Origin: Parvularia atlantis | Lineage: Eukaryota | Direction: 5' to 3' | Assembly: GCA_943704415.1 (NCBI GenBank) | Contig: CALSCO010000972.1 | Span: 1 to 41,266 of the forward strand | Length of the DNA stretch: 41,266 bases | Shown here: one piece after another, positions 32,631 to 41,266 of the stretch | How positions within the stretch are numbered: the stretch's first letter is position 1 | Layout of the letters: the number at the start of each line of letters is the position of its first letter | Position numbers and translations under genes: made by a program | The notes under the pieces: generated by a model | Databases searched by the model: none | Told to the model about the DNA's origin: nothing | Seen by the model: the letters and a program-made list of their open reading frames with translations, nothing else

Positions 32631-34650
32631 TCACGCGGACAGGCTCATGCGGATGTGGTCGGCCATCTTGAGGTTGTTCTCTTTGGCCAGGCGCATCTGC
32701 TTGAGCGTGCCGAGCGCGGTGGCGCTGTCGCGGTCTTTGCCGATGTTTAGGCCGTGCACCTGCCAGGCCGCGCGCGTGCTTGAGCCACCCCGAGGCCGAC
32801 GGCAACACACACGCACCTCGTTCGACTGCACAATCAGGCAGCCGCTGTCGGTCAGCGCCTTCTTCATCTCGGCGATGCCCTCGTGCGTCACGCCCGCGCA
32901 CGCGTCCTCGACCACTATCGTGCGGAAGCCGTGCTCGGCCGCGTGCAGCGCCGTCGAGCCCACGCACACGTCGTACGCGAGCCCGCACACAAACACCTGT
33001 ACGCGCGCGCACGGCTCAGCCCGCCGTCCCTGCGCCGAGTCCGCGCGCACCGTGTTGATCTGCTTCTCCTGCAGCTGCTTGAGCAGCGACGTCTCCGACA
33101 GCTTGGCGTTGTCCCAAAAGGCCGAGTACGAGTCCACGTCGGTCTTGGTGCCCTTGTGCACCATCACGTCCGTCTGCGCCCCAACATCAGCCAACGCCGC
33201 CTGCGTCGCAGCACGCGCCTCCTCATCCACGATCAGGTCCTCGTGCAGCTCCTCGCCGCGCGTGCCCTGGACGCAGTGGCTAGGCCACAGCTTCTGGTCG
33301 ACCGGCGGCGGGCCGCGCAGGCGCACGATGTCAAACAGCTTGGCGTCCGACGCCTTGACCTAGCCGCGCGCCGGTCTGAGCGGGACGCAGTGCACACGAC
33401 ACGCAGGGCGTGCACCGGCGTGTCGTCCGCGAGCGCGTGCTTGTGCACGTTGCTGTGAAAGGAGCAGTGGTCGGCTGGGTGCGAGTCGAGCGTGAACACG
33501 ACGACGTCAAACTTGTTCTCCTTGCGCAGCTTGTTGATCACCGGCACGACCTTGGCGCCATCCTGCGCGCCGATCCGCACCACCCATTAGACGAAGGCCA
33601 CCGCGCGCACTCGGGCGACACGCACGTCTTTGGCGGGGCAGTTGCGCAGCGCGAGCGAGCCCGAGATAAAGTCGTTCTGCACATCGACGACGATGAGCGC
33701 CGTCTTGGGCTGTGCGTGCGCACGCGTGAGCCATCGAGACCGCGCGACAGCATGCGCGCACGTTGTTGAGCGGCGCGACCCAGCGGTTCCAGCAGTTCAC
33801 AAACTCGCTCGCATCGATCGCGCCTGCGCACGGCGGCGTCAGCGGGCTCCCGGGCGGGGCCACTGGCGCGTCACACCGTCGCTGTTGTCGTCGAGCACGT
33901 CAAAGATATGGTCGACCTGCTCGGCGCTGAGCGGGTACGGCTTGCCCGCGGCGTCGACGAGCAGGTCTGTGATGAACGCGTTGAACTCCTTGCGGTTGAC
34001 GACGCCGTCACCGTTCGTGTCGTACTTCTGCTCACGGCAGTGCATGAGCATCCCCCCCCCCCCCCCCCCCCCCTCGCGCGATCGCGTGCAGCCCGCGCGT
34101 GCCTTGACCGTGCGCCGGACCTGCTCCTCGGTCACGACCGGCGCCTCGCCGCGAAGCTTGTCGAAAAAGTTGACCTGGCGCCGTCCGCGCATCAGTCACG
34201 TTCCCCGACCGTCGCCCACCACGCACCGACGCGCTCGGCGACGACACCGCCGAGCCGCTGCTGCTGCTGCCCGCGCCGTCCGCCGACGAGGCGCCCGCAC
34301 CAGAGCCTGTCACGCAAGTCAATAGGCGTATTCCGGGCGGCTTCCGGGCCACGTCAGAGAGACGGCTGCTGCGGGCCGCCCCCCTCCGCGGCCCGTCTGC
34401 GCCGCGCGCGCGCGGGCCGCGGGGCGCGTGAAGGGGGTGGAGGAGAGGGCGGAGGCGGGAGAACGCGGGAGCGGCGCGTGCGGATGAGGGGGACGCGACC
34501 TGAGCGCGAGAGCGGGGGGCGCGCGGGCGCGACGATGGGCGGGGGCACGATGGGCTTGGGCATGAAGAGGGCGACGACGGCGGCGAAGACGGCGACGACG
34601 AGGTGGAACAGGCGGCCGACGAGCGTCTCGTGCTGCACGGCCGGCGGCAT
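32631..34650 (-). CDS. Nicotinamidase (isochorismatase family) with N-terminal EF-hands; predicted N-terminal membrane anchor
   Basis: EF-hands DTNGDGVVNRKEF and DDNSDGAIDASEF; catalytic ALIVVDVQNDFISGSL, DSHPADHCSF, WPSHCVQGTRG, KG...DSYSAF, GLAYDVCV. The first exon MPPAV...LFHLVVAVFAAVVALF splices in phase to acceptor 34307. The start is uncertain. Confidence 0.88.
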
Positions 34651-34769
34651 GGTTCGAGCGAGCAACGAAAATGGAGCACGAGTTGCCCTTTGAATGGGCA
34701 AGTGGGCAACAGAACGGTACGCAGTCGAGACGAGCGCGAGTTTGCGAGTGCGTGCGTGCAAGGCGGCAA

Positions 34770-34900
34770 GACAGCAAGACAGCAAGCAGCGACAACAAGC
34801 AAGCAGTAGCAAGACAGCAAGACAGCAGTAGCAAGACAGCAAGACAGCAGCAACAAAGCAGCAAGCAGCAGCAGCAGCAGCCGAAGCAGCGATCAGCACT

Positions 34901-34935
<35 letters not shown>
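34770..34935. repeat. Low-complexity CAGCAAGA/CAG repeats followed by an A33 run
   Basis: Imperfect CAGCAAGA units, then (CAG)n, then poly(A) at 34903-34935. Confidence 0.9.
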
Positions 34936-34936
<1 letters not shown>

Positions 34937-34946
34937 GCACAGGCAC

Positions 34947-35728
34947 CGGCGCCGTGCTCGGGCTCGGGCTCAGGCTTGACTTCACTCGGTGCGCGCTCGG
35001 CTGCGGACGGCTTGGCGGCGACGTACGGCGCGGCCTGAGCGCAGTCGTCAGCTCGCGCCAACACCGCATCCAAGCTTCACGCGCGCCATGGGGCTGATGG
35101 GCGTGGCGAGGCTGATGGTGTGGCGCTTGAGGCCGGCCGGCGTCGAGGCCGCGCGCGGCAGCGTCCCGTACCACCCTGCGTGGCCACCGCCGCCGGCTGC
35201 GCTCACCTGCGGCGAGCCTGACGAGCGGTACAGCTTCGTGGTCGTCTGCACGGCAAACTTGAACTGGCGCGCCGTGCCGGCGTCGCTGCCGGGCGTGGTG
35301 GACGGGCGCAGACCGATGGGCGTGGCGGGCCCGAAGAGGTCGCGCGCGCCGCTCGTAACGATCGCGGCGGGGCGGATAGGCGTCGTGGGCGCGGCCGGCG
35401 TGGCGGGGACGGCGACGGGCGGCTGGCGCGGCACGCGCGACACGGCGACGCTGTTGGCACGCTGCAGCGGCGGCGCGGGCTCAGCCGGCTTGTTGCCGTC
35501 GTACTTGCTGCGCAGGCGCGCGACGAGGCTGCTCGCGCCGTCCGCGCCGCCGCCGTCGCTCGTGACGATGGCCACGGACGCGCGCGACGCTGCTTTGTTG
35601 ACATTGGCGGTGCCGCCGCCCGCCTTGCCGCCCTCACCGCCGCCGCTGGCCGCACCACCGCGCTCGTACCTGGCGCGCACAGCGCTGATGCCGCCGCCGC
35701 TGCTGCCGCCCGTGCTGCTGCTGGCCAT
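34947..35728 (-). CDS. Low-complexity Gly/Ser/Pro-rich coding region; a separate gene or alternative 5' exons of the nicotinamidase
   Basis: Open from ATG 35728 with coding-like GC3 bias. A GCTGAC branch point plus CAG acceptor at 35035 gives an in-frame exon AAPYVAAKP...EHGA ending at a GT donor (34946). Confidence 0.55.
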
Positions 35729-35805
35729 CGAGCGCGAGCGCGAGTTCGACAAACACGCTGGAACCTCGCTCTGACAAAGGCGACGCAGATCCGTTTCAAG
35801 AGCCA

Positions 35806-37231
35806 ATGTTCCAGCCGCTGGTCCTGGGCGACCTGCCGCCGCTGCGCCACCGCGTCGTGCTCGCGCCGCTGACGCGCCAGCGCTCGCCGCAGACGCTGCC
35901 GGGGTGTGGGATGGGTGCCGCACGCCGCCGCTGTGCCTGACGCGCGCGCACAGCCCGCTGCTCGAGGAGTACTACCGGCAGCGCGCGGTCGGCGGCGGCG
36001 GGCTGCTCGTGACCGAGGCGACGTGCGTGTCGCTGCAGGGCACGGGCGTGCTGCACGTGCCGGGCATCTGGAGCGACGAGCAGGCGCGCCGCTGCTGCAG
36101 GAGACGCGCAGATCGGTGTGCTCAACGTGCGCGTCTCGGGCAGGTCGCGCGCTGGTCCGCGATCGTCCGCGCCGTGCACCGTGAGGGCGGCGTGTTCGTG
36201 TGCCAGCTGTGGCACATGGGTGCGCACCGTCGTCCTCGTCGTCGGCGTGCTGCTGACGGCGCCCGGCGCGCAGGCCGCGTGTCGCACGTGAGCATCCACG
36301 GCATCGAGCCCGTCGCGCCCAGCCCTGTCACGTTCAAGGGCAAGACGCTCTCGCCGCAGAAGCAACTGGTCGCGTACGAGACGCCGCGCGCCCTCGACCG
36401 TGCCGGTATCGCCGACGTCGTGCAGCAGTACGCCACGGCCGCGCGCAACGCGATCAGGGCCGGCTTTGACGGCGTCGAGGTGCACGGCGCGAACGGTGCC
36501 GTATCTCTCGCTGCCTTCTTGCTCTCGTTCTTGCTCAACGCGTGCGCCAGGTTACCTGATTGACCAGTTCCTGAACGACACAAGCAACCTGCGCAGTGCG
36601 TGCGCGCGCCCGTGCTGTGCGCTGGTCGCGCTCACGTTGTGCACGCGCAGCGGACGAGTACGGCGGCTCGGTGGCCAACCGCGCCCGCTTCCTGCTCGAG
36701 GTCGTCGACGCGGTCGCCGCGGCCGTCGGCGGCGCCGGCCGCGTCGGCATCCGTCTCTCGCCCGCGTACACCGGCCAGGGCATGGGCGACAGCGACCCCG
36801 TCGCGACGTGGACGTACGTGCTTGAGCAGCTCAACCCACGCGGGCTCTCGTACGTGCACATGGTTGAGCCGCGCACCAACGGCCTGGTCGACTATCCCGA
36901 CGAGACGCGCGACTTCCGCCCGCTCTGGCGCCGCGTCTACCGCGGACGCATCATCACCGCGGGCGGCTACACGCGTGAGTCGGGCATGGAGGCGATCGAG
37001 CAGGTGCCTTTCGCCCACCCGCCCTTAAACCGCTCACACCGCGTCCACGCGCAGGGTCTCGCCGACGGCGTCGCCTATGGCCGCCTTTTCATCGCCAACC
37101 CTGACCTGCCGCGCCGCTTTGAGCACAACCTGCCGCTCAACCCGTACGACCGCACGACGTTCTACCGCGGTGGCCCGCGCGGCTACATCGACTACCCGTT
37201 CGCGGAGGCGGTGGCCAGCAGTAAGCTGTAA
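35806..37231 (+). CDS. Old Yellow Enzyme (NADH:flavin oxidoreductase)
   Basis: [79 protein letters not shown]. Confidence 0.96.
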
Positions 37232-37272
37232 GTACAAGGGAGGGAAAGCAGAAGAAGAAAACCATACACGGG

Positions 37273-38464
37273 TCAGTGGTCGTCGTCCTCGGTGTCGTAG
37301 TGGCCGTGCATCTCGTCGTCCTCGTCGTACTGGCGGGCCTCTGCGCAGCGCGCGGTGCTCACGTGGTGAGCTCTGGGCTGCGCGCGCCACGGGTCGAGCA
37401 CACGCACCGGTCTTGCGCTGGCGGATGTCGTTGAGCACGAGCGGCACGACACCGTGGTCGTCGTCCATCGCGTGCGCGTCGTGCTCGTGCACGCCGTTAG
37501 TCGAGGCCGCCGCCGCCGCACCCAGCACGGGCATCTCGATGACCTCGGTGCCCGCGCCGTTGCCGACGAGCGGCGCGTTGGAGCTGGTGCTGACGGCGTC
37601 GCCGTCATGGCTGTCGAGCAGCGGGCGCCCACGCTTCTTGGCGGCGCGGCGGGCGCGAGCGCGGGCCTTGCGCAGCTCGAGGTCGTGGACCTCGGTCTTG
37701 TGGATCATGAACGACTGGATGAAGATCTGGACGAGGCCGAGTACGCCGACAAAGACGGCAGGGATGACGAAGCAGAGGTAGTCGAGCTCGACGTACGCGA
37801 CGGTGCCGACGAGGCCGCCGGCCCAGTAGCCGACGAGGAGGGGCACGAGCACCTTGAGCTTCCACAGGTCCGAGCGGGTCTCGGTCAGGAGGTTCTGGCC
37901 GATGATGAGGCCGATGTCGGTGACGGTGCCGGTGACGTGGGTCGTGCGGACGATCGCGCCCGAGTAGCCCGAGGTCAGGCCGTTCTGGAGGCCGCAGGCG
38001 AAGGCGGCGACGACGGGGGCGATGTAGTTCTCGGCGTAGAGGCAGAGCGTCGTTGCGGCGAGGGCGAGCGACTCGAGCAGGAGGGCGGCGCCGTAGCGGC
38101 GGGTGAGGCGGAACTTTGACGAGCGGACGATGATGCCGCAGACGAACGAGCCGAAGAGGAAGCCGAAGAGGATGGTGGTCTCGCGCAGGACGTTGTCCCA
38201 CTTGTTCTGGACCATGGTCACGGCCAGGCGCGTCGTCGTCCCCGTCAGGTGCGACACCGTCGTCGTGAACAGGCCGATCATCGTCGCCGCGTTGATGTAC
38301 CCGGCCACCGCCGACAGCAGCGTCCCGCCGATCACCACCGCCCAGAAGTCGCGCTTCTGCAGGTCGGCCATCGTGTTGGCCACCTTGGCCGGCGCGGCGG
38401 ACGTGCCGGGCGGGGGCGGGGCCATAGGAGGATGTCGAGCTGCTTGCTGCTGCGCGTTCGGCAT
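37273..38464 (-). CDS. DUF1275/YoaK-family multi-pass membrane protein
   Basis: LSAVAGYINA, VSHLTGTTT, FACGLQN, IVRTTHVTGTVTDIG. One intron near the 3' end. Confidence 0.88.
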
Positions 38465-38690
38465 GCGTGTCAGACTCGTGCTGCGTCGTCGTGCGGGGCG
38501 CAGCGAGGGGCAGCAGCGCGAGCGAGCAGCACGAGCGAGGACGAAGCGCGTGCGGGAACAGGTTCGGAGCGGCAGCCGATCTGCGTCCTAGCCACGCGAC
38601 AGAAATGGCCGCGGAGAGATCGCCCCTAATCGATCGCGCGCCCGCACGTCGTCCGCACGTCGTCCGCAAAATTCGGTACAAAAAAAAAGG

Positions 38691-40736
38691 TCAGACGGCC
38701 ACCGCGTGCGGCAGCGGCGACACGCGGATGTCGCTGTACGGCGCGTCCTGCTGCAGCCGCACGCGGTGCGCCGTCTTGAGCTCGAGCAGCTGGTAAAACA
38801 GACCCGCGGCGGCGCGGCGGTCGCGGCGTGACTGCGCGTACGAGCGCGGGTGTCAGGCAGGCGCGCACGCGAGATGGCGCGCGGCGCCGCACCTCGTCGA
38901 TCAGCAGCTGCTGCACGCTCAGCACGTGCGCGCCCGCCTCAAAGTGCCGCGTCAGCAGCACCGCGATCTGCTCCGTCTGCGCCGTCGACGACTGCACCGG
39001 CGGCGCCTCCTCGGCCGGCTCGGCCATCGGCGCGTTCGGCTCTGCGCACGCGCCAGGTGAGGGCGATCACGACCCTTCCGCGCGCACGCACCCACGGTCG
39101 ACAGGTCAAAGTCCGCGCCGCCAAAGGGGTGGTCCGCGAATGAGACGTCGGCTGTGCCAGGCATGGGCGCGTCGTCAAAGCCGCCGCGGTCGTTGAGCAC
39201 AAAGTGGTCGTCGGCGCGCTCGGGCTCCCTTGCTGGCGGCAGCAGCTGCGGCACCCCGTCGTCCTCGGCCGCGGCGGCGGCGGGCACGGGCACGGGTAGC
39301 TGGTACATCGGCACGGCGCGCCGCTTGACGTACGTGGCTCGCGGCGCGAGCAGCGAGACATCGAGCCACCCGGGCGTGCTGAGCACCGAGGGCGCAGCCT
39401 CGTCCTGCAGTGCGGCGGCCGACGGCGCGGGCCGCAGCAGGTCCTCGGGGTTGTCGAGCCATTGCCGGTACGTCGTCTTCTGCAGCGTGACCGACTCGTC
39501 CACAAACAGCGTCGCCGCCTTGCGCTTGCGCGCGGCCGCCGGCGTGACCTGCAGCGAGGGCGGGCTGCGCGAGGGCAGCGTGAACGCGCGTCCCACACAA
39601 GCGGCTCCACACGCACGCAATCACGGGCACCTCAGCGTCCGGCGGCAGCGTGCGGTCGAGGTCCATCGCGGCGTCGTCGGCGCGGCCGTCCAACGCGAGC
39701 AGGTCCGCGCCGCCGGCCGACATGCGCGGCGGCGTCATCGGCGCCTTGTCGTAGTCCCTGTGTGCGTGTGCACGCGCGTCAGCCGCAGCGGTGCCGCCGT
39801 GCTCGCGCAACGCACATGAACGCGTCAGCAAACATGCGCCCGTCGTACTCGGGCACGGCGTCGCCGTCGCGCGGGACCTCGCGGTCGGCGGGCGCGTCAC
39901 GGCCGACCTCGACCGAGGCCTCGGTGCGGTCCATCGTCTGCCGCGCGCGCCGTCAGCACTACAGCCACCACGCACTGGTGGCGCACCTCGTCCACGTCCG
40001 AGAAGCCAAAGCCGCCGGCCTGGACGGACGAGCGCGCGCGCTGCTGCTGCGTCTGCTGCGTCTGCGAGCGCTCGAGCGAGAGCAGCGAGGGGCGGCCGGC
40101 GAGCGTCGCGGGCGTGAGGTTGAGCAGGAGCGACTTTTCGGCCGGGACGGCGGCGAAGGCGGCGAAGCTGCGGTGGCGTCGTCGTCTGAGCGGGCGTAGT
40201 CCCACAGCGGGGGCTCATCGCACCTCGCCTCGGGCGCCTGGACGCGCAGGAGCACGGCGAGGTCGACGCCCGAGTCGGCGCCGGTCATCGTGATGCTTGA
40301 AAAGGCGGCGACGCGGTGCTCGAGCGGGAGGTCGACGTCGCCCTGGCGGAAAGCCTGTGGCGGGAGGTGCGGTGAGCGGCGAGGGCCGATGGGCAAGGGG
40401 AGGGCAGGCGGCGCACGGTCTTGATGCGGTAGACGGCGTCGCCCGCCTCGACCAGCAGGTACTGCGCCTTGCGCTGGTAGATCTTGACGACGCCGAGCAT
40501 GAGGTGCGACGACAGGCGCAGCGCGAGCTTGTCGGTCGGGTTGAGGATGTCGGCTGCCGCGCGCGTGCGCATCAGACGAGGCGCAGAGGGCAAGGCAAGG
40601 AGAGGGGCGCACCGACGGCGTCGGGGATGCGCGTGTTGACGACCTGGGTCTTGCTCAGCTTGCGGTCCATGTGCGCCGCCAGCCACACGTGCGACAGCGG
40701 GCCCTTGCGCGAGAGTATCTCGCTCGCATAGAACAT
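38691..40736 (-). CDS. RAD21: Cohesin kleisin Rad21/Rec8 family
   Basis: MFYASEILSRKGPLSHVWLAAHMDRKLSK, ALRLSSHLMLGVVKIYQRKAQYLL, and C-terminal winged helix RRAAAGLFYQLLELK...QDAPYSDI. Rad21 versus Rec8 is not resolved. Confidence 0.93.
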
Positions 40737-40895
40737 CCTTTATGGCTGGGGCGCGCGCCTGCGGAGGGCTACGACGAGCGACGGTGGCGCAGCAACGACT
40801 TCGCGCGCGCTACCCGGGTAAATGCGCTCCCGCTCTCATTCTCGCTGCCACCCGTTTGACATCATGGACGCATGCATTCTCTTGTACTTGAAATA

Positions 40896-41266
40896 CTACA
40901 GACGTAGGCAAGCCAGGGGCTCACCGCGCGCGCCGTGCTCGTCGCAGTTGCGGCTGCCGGTGTCTGGCAACCAAGTATAGCCGAACCAGATGTGCACCGA
41001 AGGCGAAGCGACTGCACCGCGGCCTGCAGCATGGGTGCGCACTATCTGTGCTGCAATTGACATTGTGTGCAAGATATCTGCCCATCGGATCTGGTCACGT
41101 GTCCACACGGGCGTTGTGACAGCCGCACGCGCCGACATGCGCTCCGTTCATGCCGCCAGATTATCCTCAACTCGGACACCGTGCTGTACAAGCCTGTTGC
41201 TGTGTGATGCTGCCTGCTGCGTGCTGTTCAGAGCGGTGCCGACGACGACGTTGCGGGCGACCGGGG
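40896..41266 (-). CDS. Possible 3' exons of a gene starting beyond the window; product unknown
   Basis: Short frames such as QIRWADILHTMSIAAQI|VHIWFGYTWLPDTGSRNCDEHG...* separated by a GT..CAG intron-like gap. No family recognised. Confidence 0.3.

Noticed and set aside
34903..34935. A33 run as a retroposon tail
   Set aside because: No target-site duplication or element body is visible, and it is best read as an intronic or intergenic homopolymer.

Overview
Very GC-rich, extremely gene-dense eukaryotic nuclear DNA. By hand-splicing short introns (mostly 45-110 nt; GTGCG-type donors, CTGAC/CTCAC-type branch points, YAG acceptors) I rebuilt about 25 protein-coding genes. They include NOP16, NDUFV2, C2orf76/AIM29, MED31, ATG101, MRPL2, cardiolipin synthase, MED20, a fatty acid elongase, ATP synthase g, TPX2, an ependymin-like protein, acyl-protein thioesterase, CSN2, a 3-beta-HSD/SDR, an ATF2-like bZIP, an EF-hand nicotinamidase, an Old Yellow Enzyme, DUF1275 and Rad21/Rec8. 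The gene content suggests a unicellular opisthokont/holozoan-like protist (inference only). The most striking items are three proteins. (1) A single-pass, Notch-reminiscent receptor: signal peptide, somatomedin-B, PA-like, LNR, beta-sandwich, Frizzled-CRD-like, TM, two ankyrin blocks, bipartite NLS-like motif and acidic tail. (2) An in-frame fusion of a JMJD4-type JmjC hydroxylase to ankyrin repeats and a non-RD TKL kinase. (3) A 7TM-RGS with an RxRxxS repeat tail. At the genome-grammar level there are frequent GC-AG introns, 14-39 bp gene spacings, a recurring TGTAC(A) motif after stop codons, a positioned GTCACG motif before start codons, a CHR/MYB/CCAAT set at TPX2 and a CRE in the bZIP's own promoter. 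All gene models are manual and unverified by RNA data. I recognised no RNA genes, CRISPR arrays or transposons.
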